From Podarcis melisellensis (Eukaryota): 64,000 nucleotides of DNA. A model generated the notes under the pieces. That model had not been told where the DNA came from. It saw only the letters and a list, made by a program, of their open reading frames with translations, and ran no database searches. The stretch lies in assembly GCA_964234715.1 (NCBI GenBank), contig OZ174277.1; one strand, 5' to 3'. Of this stretch, positions 49,686 through 64,000 are shown piece by piece (position 1 is the first letter of the stretch; each line of letters starts with the position of its first letter). The translations under genes were made by a program, and so were the position numbers.

Positions 49686-50200
49686 TTACAGAAGAGCTGT
49701 CATTGCAGTCTGATTTACCGGTTTTAGGCAGTATCTGGGTGTCGAATAGCCCTCATCTGTCAATAAACTGGTTTGGGGCTTCTGATAGCCAGTATTGTAG
49801 TCAAGTGTGGGCAAGACTTTCATTTTTGGCTTGTCATACTCCTTCTGACTTTGTGGTGTTTGATAATCTTCACTCCCCGTTTCAGTCTGGCACAAGGCAG
49901 TGAAAGTGCCTGTGGAAAGGGAACATTTATGCGCAGCGGAAGCAGTAGGAATGTTATAGCAGCTCTCTGAAGGAAAAGCATTTTCTCTTCCTACATGTCG
50001 CTCTATAATAGGAGTGGCGTATTCAGGCTCGTGGTTGGTCAAAGGCAGTGCATAATCGTGCCGATTTGCTCTCTGTGGGCAGTGGTAATGGTTCCCAGTC
50101 TCGGCACTACCTTTCTTCTCATTCTCTGTGTCCATGGGTCTGAAAGTGGATCCCTTTCGGGTTACTGTCCCAGTTCCTATCATGAGAGGCTGTTGATAAT
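49686..50200 (-). CDS. DCBLD1: DCBLD1 terminal coding exon (cytoplasmic YxxP tail)
   Basis: cccatctag|AT; DYQQPLMIGTGTVTRKGSTFRPMDT...EPEYATPIIER...NQTAMTALL*; 515 nt. Confidence 0.95.
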
Positions 50201-51405
50201 CTAGATGGGAAACAGAAAGAATCACATCAGAATCTCAGATCACACCAAATAGTAGATGCCACCTTAATTTATGCTGAGCAATCTGCTATATTATTTGCCT
50301 TCTCCCAGAAAGAAACTGTTATTGTTCCTACAGGAGACAGATATTTTTTCTGTTATCCCTGAGTCGTCTGACCAAGGGATATTATTTCCCAACTGCAGCA
50401 AAGAAAATTCAAGCAAGTACTTTGAATCAAATGTGGGTGGACTGTCAAGGCAATTAATTAACTTGAATAAGCTAAAATTAAGCACATTTCCAGGATGCTT
50501 CAAATATGTATTTTAAGTTCAAGACAAGAACAAATAAGAAGCATACTGGCTCATGTTTTATGTTTGTGTCAATGGGCATTTTTAATTCATTATTTGCAAT
50601 GGCCTATGGCAACAAGCAATAAATATTTATAAGAATCGTAAGATTTTCCTTGGAGTACTCCTGCCTCCATGCACAAATTTTATTAGAGACCATTTGTTTT
50701 TCCCCTGCCTTCTCGCCACAAGATCAAACCATCCTTCTCGCTCTACTGACAAACCCAGTCTTCAGTCTATCAAAGGTCAAAAACAGATTCCTACATTAGA
50801 TCCTTAGTAGAGCAATAGCTATTGATTATACAAGCTACATGAGCCATGTGCAACAGAAAGAAAAAAAATGTGCACTATAATGTTAGAGTTACTAAGCAAG
50901 AAAACATGCACACAATTGTCAAATTTATCCACCATCCTATCTAAAAGGATGGTACCACAAATTACAGCTAAACTCCAAAAAGCTACTAGTCATGATAGCT
51001 ATGTTCTGCCCCCACTGTTAGGGCAGTATGCCTCTGGATAGCCAACGCTAGGAATAATAGAAAGTCAGGCAAAATCCTCATGTCAAGCTTGCAGGCTTTG
51101 CAAAGGCATCTGTGAGAATGGGATGCTGGGCTAGAGGGGCCTGACTGGGAAATCTCTTCTTAACGTCTTTGATATCGCACATGGGTAACCTGACGAGGAA
51201 GAATGTTGGAATGCCAAAGCCATTACTCTACAGGTATCTGGAAGAAGAATGCCAACAGTTTTATGTGAACACACTGGCAGGGCAATAATAGAAATATGAT
51301 AAATAAATTAAAAAATGGTACAAGTTCTATTCTGCCAATCCTTACGGATGGGCAAACTAAGCCTGTTCTTTACGTTTCTTACGTGATACATAGGGATTGT
51401 TTTCA

Positions 51406-51627
<222 letters not shown>

Positions 51628-52496
51628 TCAGTTTGATTCAGACTGTGTTGGAAAGGATGACATGTAATAGACTTAGGGTTAAAAGAAGCTTGCACTAGCA
51701 GAGATCAGTCTATCTATACAGAGCACATAGGGCTAAATCCTGACAACTATCTTCCCTTCCATCCTGCAGCTGCTTGTGTTCCTCACAAGTCACCCTTGAG
51801 AGCTGGAATGAAGGGAGATATTGGGGGTGAGAGCTGCAGTGCATGTGCGTGTGTCCGTGCATGTGTGTGTGAAAAAATCAGCAGAAGCTCATCTAGTATG
51901 GTCACACAAGGGACTCTCTGATCCCAGCAATTTATCATCTGGACGTTCTCTTGGAGTCATGAACACACTTAATTTTAAATCAGCTGCTTTGCTGATCATT
52001 TTTGGATCTCCCTCCCCAACAACGCATCTCAACAGCAGTGCACTGTTGAATTTCAAAGCAAAGCTAAATTTGGACTTAGTGAGCATCTCATGGAAGCAGG
52101 CCCACAAGGGAGAAGGGAACAAGAGTGTGATATCAAAAAACACTGACCCAAAACTTTTAATGAAAATGGTTCCACAAAACCCTTTTCCTATTAAATTATC
52201 CCCTGGTAGAGATTGACATGGATAATGGATGCGTGATGCAAGCCATCCAGATTAAGCCACAGTGATTCCAAGGATCAGGAAGTACTAAGCACAGGAAACT
52301 GTCGCTGGCTGCTGTCAATGCCTGCTCCAGTTCCACCCATCCATTACATATATTAAAAGTTCTTGTGCTATTTGCGTGTAAGATCCTTAAGGGGAATTAG
52401 TCCCACTGCACACAAAGATATTGTTACAACTACATAAACATTTCCCTTTCTCATTATTGTCAGATGATGAACAAAACCACGATTTTTACCACCCAC

Positions 52497-52546
52497 CTGG
52501 TTTCCCGGTGTCGTATGAGCCATAAGCACCTCCTTTCTTTCCTCTC
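52497..52546 (-). CDS. DCBLD1: DCBLD1 juxtamembrane exon
   Basis: cattatag|G; RGKKGGAYGSYDTGKP, G|GTGGGT; 50 nt, phases fit neighbours. Confidence 0.88.
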
Positions 52547-53966
52547 CTATAATGAAGAACAGCAACAATAGCACTTGGCTTCAGTCAGTTCCATTGAACC
52601 AGTGACTGTCAACTCCTATTGACTGTCTAGGCTAGATTTTCAGGCACTGATCTTCCCCAACTTTGCTACTAGAGGCACTGGGTGTCCCTTGGAGACGGAG
52701 ACCTGGGTCTTTATGCTGAACCCTGGACCTACCGCCTCTTTTGAAAACTTAAGAAAATGCTTACAGGGTAGCTAGGCACAATGCAAAGCAGAATACTGGT
52801 GAGACCCATCCACTCACCATCCTGATTTGCTGAATGAGTTGGGCAAGGGTGTGTTTGGGGGGGGGGGAGGCAGACAGGTAAACAGACAGATATAATACTG
52901 GATAAAGCTTCTTTCAGTTTCCATATATACTTAAGTAGAAATTCCTGCCAGGTAGGGCAGAGAGACCAACCCACATAAAATGGAATGATGGCAAGAGCCA
53001 GAGTAAATTCCTTTCCCTTTGAAAATCGGACTAAATTTGTATAATGTAAATATGCATTAACGTAGGCATATTTGTTTCATGGGCTTGTGCTCCAAATCTT
53101 TCTAATTACTCAGTAATGCCCCTGACAGGTGCCATCGGAATCTACAGACTGTGCCTAAAATTACTAGAGAATAATTATTTTTCTGGTGGCCAACTACAAA
53201 GAAACAACCATACTACAATTTCATTCCTAAGTAAGGATGTTTAGAAATGCAGGCTTAAATGAATTGCAGGTTGTATTTAAGCACTTAAAGCAATGAACTA
53301 CTAATAGTGGACTGCTTTCCTTTGTGGTGCAACTACAAGACAGTCTTGTAGTTCTTCCTTGTTTTATATTTATAAAATGGTGGGAATGGACTTTGCAACT
53401 GGTTAGAAAGAGAGAGGAAGAAAGTGCACCGCCCAAGAGCCTTTTGCATAGGTCATCTCTTTCCCGATCAGAAAAGCCCTCAGGTGAGGAATGAATCATT
53501 GTGGAAATCTTTCTGCTGTTTTTCATGGAACTTCCTATTTTAGCTCGCTTGTCTCTAAAAGGCTAGAAGACTCCTTCCATGAAGAGAGCCACCGTTTCCC
53601 ATTCCCTGCAATTCATGGGGACATCAGCTGGGAGAAGGAGCTCATTGGACGAGCCGGAGCACAATGAGGAGCTGGCGAGGGGACTTGAGGAAGCCCAGGC
53701 GGCACAATTTGAAATGCCGGTGATTAAGCTTGGGACTTCGTATTAATAATGCAAATACAGTCATAGGTTTTGGTCATAGCATTTTTCCTCTTCTGCTGTA
53801 AAACCACCGAAGGCAATCATCAGGTGTATTCCTGTTAGCTGGTAAATCTGCCAGTTACTCTTTAACCCACTAAACAGCTAAGGAAAAGGCTGTTATGTGT
53901 CCAAATACCACCACAAGAATTTTTAAGCTTTTCAACTCTGAAGAGGGAGAAGTGAGAGTTACATAC

Positions 53967-54057
53967 TTTCGTACAACAGCATAGATACCAATTCCAGATA
54001 TCAGGAACAGCAAAAGCACCACTACTACTGGAACGATTATGGTAGTGAGATTCAGTC
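53967..54057 (-). CDS. DCBLD1: DCBLD1 transmembrane exon
   Basis: tttttaag|GA; LNLTTIIVPVVVVLLLFLISGIGIYAVVR(K), AA|GTATGT; 91 nt. Confidence 0.9.
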
Positions 54058-54897
54058 CTTAAAAAGAAATGAAGATTAAAAAGTTACAATGTACTGAAAA
54101 CCCAGCTGAAAAAACTAGCTTGACGGCTGGACTACATATCACATAGTACTGGTATATAGGGGGGAGTATGTAGAACCCAGGAAACAGTGAGACTTAATTC
54201 ACATTATTGAATCCTGGCTTAACAAGCAAGGATATGCACGACCTCCTTGCACCCTTTGCTCCCATTTCACTCCTCCCTTCACATGATCGGGGGTGGGGAG
54301 CTGCTGTTAACCATGGCTTCTTGTTACGTACAAGCCAGGAATTATGCACAATGGATTCCAAACAAGCCAAGTTTTGAAAGTCATTAACCACAGTTTCTAG
54401 CTTGCATGTAGTAGGAAGCCATGGTTAACTGAGGCCTTCTTGGTTTCTTTCCCCATTTGCACAAGGGAAAGAGTGCAGCAAGAGGAATGTGGTTGCATCT
54501 GGGTGCAGAAGGCTTGCCCATAACCAGGCTTAACTTATGATTTGATTATGTGTTCCACTGTGTTGAATACCACTCCATGTGCTCAGACCTGCACCCACTT
54601 TAGATCGGTATTAAGCATTGTATACCTCTCAAGTTATACGATCAAGCCTTGTATATATCCAGAACACAAGTCACTCTTTCTGGTTATTTGGCCCTCATAA
54701 AGTAAAAACCATGTAGCAAAGACAGGAATGTGCTCTGACAACCTCACCTCAATGAATTACATTTTGTTCCCAGGCATTTGAAAACTGGGATTCAAAAAGG
54801 TGGTTTGCACTATCATTTCTGAAAAGTTGTCACAGTCTGTGGTAAGAGTTGTGCTAAGACTTTCGCCTCCGTTAAAGTTAGGAAAGGTGTTTCCTAC

Positions 54898-55014
54898 CTA
54901 AGCTGCCTTCTTCTGAGGGTATGGGCTCTGTGATGGTTCTGTCTTCTTTTCTAACCAAGACACCTGTGCTTTGACTTGGTCTCTGCCAGAGCGGATGCGT
55001 AAGGGAGCTGTTAA
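54898..55014 (-). CDS. DCBLD1: DCBLD1 stalk exon
   Basis: ccttgcag|TT; NSSLTHPLWQRPSQSTGVLVRKEDRTITEPIPSEEGSL, G|GTAGGA; 117 nt. Confidence 0.88.
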   Translation of the reverse strand, partial: LTAPLRIRSGRDQVKAQVSWLEKKTEPSQSPYPQKKAA

Positions 55015-55048
55015 CTGCAAGGCAAAAGGTGGAACTAAGTGAGCCTCA

Positions 55049-55336
<288 letters not shown>

Positions 55337-58032
55337 TTAAAATTGCAGAGGATAAAAATCAACAGCAGCTTGTGCTGATCTGCTGGGGGCTGGTGGGGAA
55401 AAGACCTCAACCCTCCAGAGTTTAAAGCTTTTCCTCCAATATGTAGGCAGTCCTAAACTGGAGCAGTACAGCAGTAAAATGAGAGTTTGTGACCATCTGA
55501 GCAGCTAGTTGCGCAACAAGGCTCAACTCCAAACAGTCCAAGGCCAGCAAGGAGTAGTTAACTCTTCCTCCTCCTTCAGATTGTGGCAGAGTTTGAGGCT
55601 GGATGCACAGCAAGCTGCAGAGTCAGCACTATACCACTTTAATTCAACCAGTAGAGCCAGTCTCAGCCTGAACAACTGAAGGGAAGGCTTTAGCCCTTTA
55701 CAATTCTAGCACAATTCTCTCTCTCTCTCCCCCGCCCCCCCATTACTGGTGCCTATTTCCTCTCCTCAACACACCATTAATCAATGCCACTCTTTTACTG
55801 TTTCTAAAACTGTATTCCTGCAACAAGTCCTCCTCCCACTTCACAAACAGTGGAATGGGCGTGTGCAAAATAATACCCTTTCCCCCTGCACACTGTCCCT
55901 CCAAGTGTGCAGGTGCCCCATGCCCTGTCTGTTGTGGGTGATCCTGCTTCACAGCCCTGCTGGTTGGCATGGGCCCGTCCACTTTGCTAGTAACGGGAAT
56001 TAAGTATTGGAAACTTCAGTGTTGTGGGGTTGGAAGAGCAGCACATTTCTCATTTTAGATTTAAAAAGTGACCACCACCAAAGAATGGTATCCAGCTGGT
56101 AATCCCCCGTGGACAGAAGACCCTTTGATCTAGCAGAGCCTTCTGTCGGCAGAACAAGGATCAAGGTGATCTTTGGCAAATGCCTCCTCACCCCTGCAGT
56201 CTCCCCATTCCCCTAAGATCAACTTCTGGGGGTTAGGGGAAGTTTTGGAACTGTGTGGGGGTGGGGACACACGGGGGTGGGGATCTGCAAGGGAAGGAGA
56301 AACTGCCAAAGAAGCCAGAGCGATGGGGAGATGGCCATTTTATTTTTCTCAAAGCGTTCTTGAGATTTTCTTCTGACAGGACAGTACTAATCAGCACTGC
56401 CAGTGGAAAGCAAAATAAACATACTACTTCTTTTAAATTAATACCATTAAAAACCCCTCTCTTTTTATAATTTTTTGTATAAGGTTTCACAGAAGGCCTA
56501 ATATGAATTACAATCATATGTTGATAACCCATACTTTTATTCAACTATGTGGAATAGAGCGCTTTTGAAGTATCTGTGCAGCAGATGGATTTCCCATGTT
56601 GTGCAATGCAGCTAACTCAGTAATAAAAAAAATAATAAAATCCAAAACGAGTATATGATGGTGGGAGATAATAACTTCTCCAGATTTGATCTCTAACTTG
56701 CCCTTTGTATTTAGGGGCAAAAAAGTAAGTTTCTCTCACTAAGCTGCAAGCAAACTGAGACTTTATCAGAGAGTTTGCTTGCAGAGAGTTTGCTTTATCT
56801 CCTACTGATAAAGGCTGAGCTTCTCCAATTCCTATTGTAGGTCAAATGAGCAGGGGTCCATGCCTCTTCTAGACTGATTCATGGAGCTGAAAAAGGGCAT
56901 AAGAATGTAGATGTGCACTTGAAAACACACCCCACATTTAAAGTGCATCTCCCTTGTAAAGAATCATGGGAACTGTAGTTTAACCTTGACAAAGCTACAA
57001 TTCCCAGCACCCTTAAACTACAGTTCCTGGAATTCTTTGTGGGGGCAGATGTGCTTTAAATGTTTGTCGTGCACCATCACAGAGCAAACCTTGGAAGTAA
57101 TTCCCACTGCTTTCAATGGCCCTTAGTTTATTGTACGGTGTGCTCAGGAATGCAGCCTTAATATTCTGTATATATCCCTGCCACACCTTATCAGATGCTT
57201 GTGCAATTACAACCTTGTGCTAGAAACCAGAAAAGTCCTGCTTTCAAGACAAGGGGAGAAGGGGAAATAAAATGGAAGATTTCTAACACTTAAAAGTTAT
57301 AAACATAGATTTGAAAAAAGCTGCTCCACCACAAGCAGTAGTTTCACAGAAAATAGTTCTCAAATAATGTTAAAGTACATGCAAAATCAGCTCACAATAC
57401 AAGCAGCCCTTCCCCACCCACAACCTGTAGGTCATGAGTGAAGATTTTAAAAATACAAATTCTTATCTACTGGAGGGCAAATAACAGTCTAAAATTTGAG
57501 GGGCAAGAAGCTGTTGCATCACATATAGGTCTCCCTGAAAACAATCCGATCTGCTTCCCCCACAGTGAAATTTGAAGAAGGAAGAAGACTCTGTCCGTAG
57601 GGGTATGTATATGCAAAAGCATATTTTACTGTACCTATAAAGAAAGAAAATGGCAAAGAGGGCACTTTAGTACACTGTCCTGCTTCTTCTCATAGCCCAA
57701 ATAATATTTTTTCCTGCCAAACTGCTCATCCAGCTTCCTCTAGTGAAGAGGAATCTCTAGCTTCCTTACAAATGTTTTCAAATGAAATCATTTCTCCATG
57801 GCAAAACTAGACTGGAGCCTTCTGAAAGTAAGGGACAGGGCAAATTACCCAAGTCACAACTAAACCTAGACAGCACAACGTGTGCAATGAGGGTGCTGAA
57901 AACCCACTGGAGTAAACAAGATTTGAGTATAACAATCCAGTAGCTCCAGCTGTCTGCAAAGGATGAAAGATGGAAGTTGGGCTGCAGGAGAACCCCTCCC
58001 CCCGGCAACCACCATTTCCCCCTTGCCCTTTA

Positions 58033-58278
<246 letters not shown>

Positions 58279-58806
58279 TTATATCTGCAGCAAAATTAAG
58301 AAATGTCACCACCCGAAAACCTTTCGCTTTCTACTATATTATTTGTAAAGGCATCCTCAGATGTACATGCTAGGGCTCTCCCACTGTCAATAGCAATAGG
58401 GGAAAGGCACTCCTGCACTTGTGAAGCTCATCTGGAGCATCACACTTGTACACGCTCTGGATCACAGGAATCATTTTTACAGGCAAGTGTCTCTAGTGAG
58501 CACACCACCATCTACAAAACCGATAATGAAAGCTAATTAATATTTGAACATACATGCTCTCCCCTCCTTTCGCATTGGCAATTTGTCCTGCAAAACTGCA
58601 AAAGCACGCCAGCAACATGGACTCAAGAAACAGTTGCGAAAATGGGACAAAATGGAAACGGGGTGGTTAGGTCAGCCTCAGTTATGTCCATAGAAGAAGT
58701 GGGATGGTTATAGGTCTGCTGGAATAGAAGTGAGGCCACATCCCACCCCTCTTTGACCACTGAATAGCTCCCATGTGACGGGTGAATCAGATTCAGGTAA
58801 GCTGCT

Positions 58807-58938
58807 NNNNNNNNNNNNNNNNNNNNNNNNNNNNNNNNNNNNNNNNNNNNNNNNNNNNNNNNNNNNNNNNNNNNNNNNNNNNNNNNNNNNNNNNNNNNNN
58901 NNNNNNNNNNNNNNNNNNNNNNNNNNNNNNNNNNNNNN
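58807..58938. other. Assembly gap (132 N) in a DCBLD1 intron
   Basis: Run of N. Confidence 0.99.
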
Positions 58939-60517
58939 TACACAAGTGTTTCTGTAATGTGGAAAGGGTCCCCATATCCAAGTGTGCAGTGGCTCATCTG
59001 AAATTGGGGTACCAATTATAATTACATTTAACATTTATCCTGCAATTGTGTGTGTGGTTTTTCTTACTCAAAAGCAAGCAAAGGGAACCCAATCCAAAAC
59101 AGGACTGCAGTGCACAAAGAGTCATGCCACCCTCTCCCCAAAAGGTTCAGACCCCTTTCAGCAGCTACTGATAATAAAAAAGAAACTTTAAAATCCCTAT
59201 TGGTGTTATTAGGAGGTGTGTTTGAGAAAGGGGGAGGGAGTCTTGGGGAGCATCACAGTTGGGGTGGAAAGGATTAAACCTAATCCTAATCCACGTCACC
59301 CCCTATGCACAAAAGAAAAGAGCACATGCACAGCTACAGCCTGAAGCTTATGTATTAAAAACACAATGCATAGTTTGATCAAATCCAGAATAGAACTACA
59401 CTCTCATCACCAATCATGGTAACAGTGAATGTTGTCCCTAGTTGTTGGGTATCGGCAGAAGATGTGAGATGTGGAACAATGGGAGGTGGTGGGGCACACG
59501 TGAGAGTGTGTAAGGCAGGGCATGGGCAGATGTGGTTGCATTTGTGTAAGCATGGCTCTTTGTGTGAATAGTGGCAAAAGAACCATTTTCAGAATGGGAC
59601 TAAGTGTCCTTTATCAGGGCCCTGCAAATAAATTCTCACCCAGTGTTGTGCAACCTGTTATCTGGGTGCAGCAATTGGTGCCCTACTCCCCTGCCCCCAG
59701 CCTTAAGCTATTATTTACAAGAACAGCAAGTCCTAGACTTCCAGCATAGTATGGCAGGCGTAAGGGAAAACATCTAAGGTGCTCCTGATAAGATCAAATT
59801 GAGGGATATATGAAAAGAATGGAGCCTCATTAACAACCCAGAAGAATTCATATATATTTAGTTTTGTTTGTCTAAAAGCTTTAGAAGAACACAATTATAA
59901 CCAACGACAAGATTCCAAAAAGACGATAGAAGATGCAAGTATGAGGAATTCCTTTCTGCATTTCAATGATAAAGGCTTATTAGCTGTTGATAAGAAGAGG
60001 ACCTCAGCCCCATTGGGCCTTCTGCAATTTATCGAACCATAAAATATTTCCCATTTGGTTACTGGAAAGGCATATTGCTCCTGAACTGCAGCTGTGTGGG
60101 CAGTAAAATTTGGCCTAAAAGCCTTTCGGGGGGTGGGGTGTATTTCAATTGGTCTTTGCTAGTTTTAACAACTCAATGTTGTAAGTACCTACATTTTACT
60201 CAGAGTAGACTCATTGCAATTCATGGTCCTAAGTAAGCAATGTCCATTAATTTCAACAGGTCTACTCCAAGTAGGATTAACATTGGATACAACCCTTAGT
60301 TGTTGTTGTTTTTTGGCAGAAAGTAATTGTTGCAGTGTTACATTACATTTGTAAATAGCCCTTGCTCGGAGTACCATTTGAAACCTCACTTAAAACCTGA
60401 GGAAATCTAGCTTACAAGAACAGTAAGCAAGCTGCATAGGGTCACAACCGATAACTGAATGACACTAAACTTAAATCTAACTTAAGAGACGTACTCTTGC
60501 TATGACAGACAACTGAC

Positions 60518-60733
60518 CTGTTATTCTTCTCCTTTCTCCCAGGTCAATTTCTAGCCACTGCCGAGAGTTGCTCTGGTTTGCTGCCCAGGAAGGCCCTTGG
60601 ACTTTGAGCCAGGCCCTAACAGGAGACCATGGAACCACCTCCCCAATGTCATTGGTTTCATCCCAGAATGATGACGCCGTGATCTGGCCATCGGATGCAT
60701 TTCGTCCTTCTAGGTTCAGTGATTGATTGCAAC
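60518..60733 (-). CDS. DCBLD1: DCBLD1 exon, discoidin domain start
   Basis: tttggaag|GT; GCNQSLNLEGRNASDGQITASSFW...QWLEIDLGERRRIT, G|GTCAGT; 216 nt. Confidence 0.94.
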
Positions 60734-61178
60734 CTTCCAAAGTGAAAAAAAGGGAGGAAAGTGTATTTTCAGATAACGGTATTAACTATGACTATAATCA
60801 TCAACCTAGAAGACTTGATTAATTTCCCCCCAAATATCATTAAGAGTTTCTGAAAATGCTTTCTTTCTCTACCCACCCATGAGCCCTAGCCTAACTCCAG
60901 TAAACAAAAGAATTTGATCTATGTTATAATAACTTGTTTTTAACATTTGCTTTTATCATTATTATTTTTAAATGAATATTTTAGATAGGTTCTTTGTAAA
61001 CTACTTGGCGATCTCCTATAAAGTAAGTGGTATATACATTCTTCATTAACAAGCAAATAAAATAAAGTAGTTCATTGTATTTGGCCCCAAATTGTATTTA
61101 TTTTAATTGGAGAGTGCTTTGGCTTTTCCTGGATTATGCATTAATAATGTCTAAAATGAAGAAAAAAAATAGCCTTAC

Positions 61179-61219
61179 CATTTGAGTTAAAAATAATCCG
61201 CTTATCTGACAGAGAGCCA
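61179..61219 (-). CDS. DCBLD1: DCBLD1 short exon (LCCL end)
   Basis: ttcttacag|T; GSLSDKRIIFNSN, G|GTAAGG; 41 nt. Confidence 0.9.
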
Positions 61220-62152
61220 CTGTAAGAAAAAGAGATGACATTATCATTTTGATTAGCTACTCATGTACAAGAAATTTTAAGCTGAAATAGTTCTGCTTTA
61301 TTCTTACCCTGCCTTTTGATCCTACAACCTGATGCACCAAAATAAATACTTTAAAGTACTATACAGTTCAGGGATTGGTCGTGGATCATCTAACTCTGGC
61401 GAACAATGACCAGACCATTAGGGAGCCCGAAGGGGACATGCAATTTACATGTTTTTGCAGCTTTTTAGAACAATATGTGAACTCTGGGTGCCATATGAAT
61501 ATCAAGGGGGGGGGGACCAAGGATACAGTTGCAATTTTATCATGAGCCTGCATAACTCAGTGCACTTTAAATCTAAACAGCTCTCAGTTTATTAACTCAA
61601 AACACCCAAAGAGAATAGATAGTGCCTGTCACTATTAACAGTACCTAAAATGAAATCAATTGTGCAATTGAGCTCCCCCACCTCTCCACGCCCACATTTC
61701 CCCCAAATCTGCTCTGGAGGGTTGGGGTAGCCCCTAGAACAGATTTATGGGGTACACAAAGAGAATGAAGTATCAGCGTGTAAGTGGATGGATCGTGCAA
61801 GTCTCATTGTGCTGATGGATCACTTAAAGTGGATACCACCCATTGTTTTTCTAATTCGATCCAAAGGGAAATTATAGATAATGGAAGAGTTCCTGGTCTG
61901 TTTGCCTACTCATGTGAAGGGAGGATGAAAGCAGCTGTATGCACAATGCCTGTTCACATCTTGGCTGATTAAGTGAAAATATGATGCTCCAAACGTGGCC
62001 ATTTCAGTACATAGTTCGAACAAAACAATGGTTAACAAGAGTTTCCAACTCACACAAAGGAAGGAGCGAAGGGGCTCTGTGTGCAAGAAAAAGGCTTGTG
62101 TGTATCATGGCTGACTAGTACACACATTATGCATGAACACAACCAATACTTA

Positions 62153-62332
<180 letters not shown>

Positions 62333-63305
62333 TCAAACAAACTCACAGTCAGCACAATAAAACAAAACGAATAAACACGGTGCCCTAAAAAAATTCAAGT
62401 CAAAAATGCAAAAGGAAGTAGCAATTTTCTGTATGCTAAATTACCTAAATTAAATGTGAAAACATGCTGAAGAGACTTAAGAGAAATCTACTTGTTGGAC
62501 AAATATATTCTAAGGTTAATATTTTACAGTGTAGTAATCCTCCCACACACATCCTTCCTCAGAGAATAATTAACTGAGTGTCATTTCCATATCATATGTG
62601 CAGACGAATAAAACAACATGCTGAAGATATCATACTATATGCAGGGCAAGGCTGAGGAAAATATTCCCAAATTTGGTTATTGCTATTAAAAAGCAGATCA
62701 GTTACGCCCATTTTGCAAACTGAACAATAAGAAGTTGTACCTGAAGAACTATACCTATTATACTGTGACCTGAACAAAAATAAATGGCTGAGTTTACAAG
62801 CCCACATGAAATGTGCACGTATGAAATGCACATGTAATCTGTAACACTGTTAGCACTAACAGAACAGCTGTCCACCATAATACTTTTATGCACAATTCTT
62901 TTCTGATTTCATACTTTGTAATTATGATTGCACAGTGGTAGAATAAATGATTTTCTAGCCAACATCTTCAACGAACTGAGGTAACCTAAGAATAATTTAC
63001 CATTTCTCCCAGTTCCTGTCTTCAGCAAAATGCACTAACCTTCACTGTGCACAACTGCTTGTTCTACTGGTTTTTGAGCCCAGCATTAAACTTTTAGGTT
63101 GTGCTTATCTGCAATAAAAGATTCTTCAGAAAGCAATGCTGTCATATCTCTGGCTTTCTGTAGACCGTGTTTGCTAGCCTGGTGCCCACCAAATGTTTTG
63201 GACAAGAACTCTCATCGGCCTCAGGTAGACAGGCCAATAGTCAGGGTTGATGGGAGTTGCAGTTCAAAACATCTGGAGGGCAGGAGGTTTGGGAAGGCTG
63301 CGCTA

Positions 63306-63617
<312 letters not shown>

Positions 63618-64000
63618 TCAGGGAACAATAGTAATTGAAGGAAAGATAACACAGCACAACTACATCTGTTCACACCTTCAGCAACTGGCTTACATGCCAT
63701 TACTCTTTAAACTTACTGCAAAGGGTATTTCTTCAAGAGAACTGAGAAACAATTTAAACTGACATGGATCAGCTTTCAATCCTCCAGCCTGATCCTGCAA
63801 GATGCTTAGAGCTTTAAAACCCAACCACCCCCAAGACAGGAGTATTCAGTACCCAAAGCACTGCCCTAATTTCCCTTGGCATTACTGGTTATGCTACAGA
63901 TAACGGCTGTTCAGTGGTCTGAAGCTGCATTCCTTAATTACTCTGGAATGCAAAGTCTCTCTCCAAGGAAGACTTCACTGCCTCTCCCATGTAAGACGAT

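Noticed and set aside
58623-59034. ORFs spanning the N run
   Set aside because: Artefacts of the assembly gap; flanking DCBLD1 exons are phase-compatible, so no exon need be hidden there.

Overview
Vertebrate genomic DNA from a squamate reptile, probably a lacertid lizard (inferred from Sauria SINE and Squam-type SINE content). It carries the conserved amniote block NUS1 - NEPN - GOPC - DCBLD1. (1) NUS1 (Nogo-B receptor, cis-prenyltransferase subunit): exon 1 and CpG-island promoter on the minus strand; later exons were not found and are presumably left of the window. (2) Nephrocan (NEPN): complete, intact 3-exon gene on the minus strand, 511 aa. (3) GOPC (PIST/CAL): complete 9-exon gene on the plus strand, including the 24-nt neuronal-type microexon; 467 aa with it, 459 aa without. 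(4) DCBLD1: the last 11 coding exons on the minus strand, converging on GOPC. Exon boundaries were read from GT/AG sites and are phase-consistent. Introns hold L2/CR1 remnants, tRNA-derived SINEs, hAT and Tc1/mariner MITEs, and two Penelope-like fold-back insertions, one with hammerhead ribozyme cores on both strands. There is a 132-N gap at 58807-58938. I found no convincing wholly new gene system. Best leads: the double-hammerhead insert in GOPC intron 1, a young CpG-rich hAT element in NUS1 intron 1, the intact nephrocan with its promoter, and candidate alternative terminal exons for GOPC and DCBLD1.
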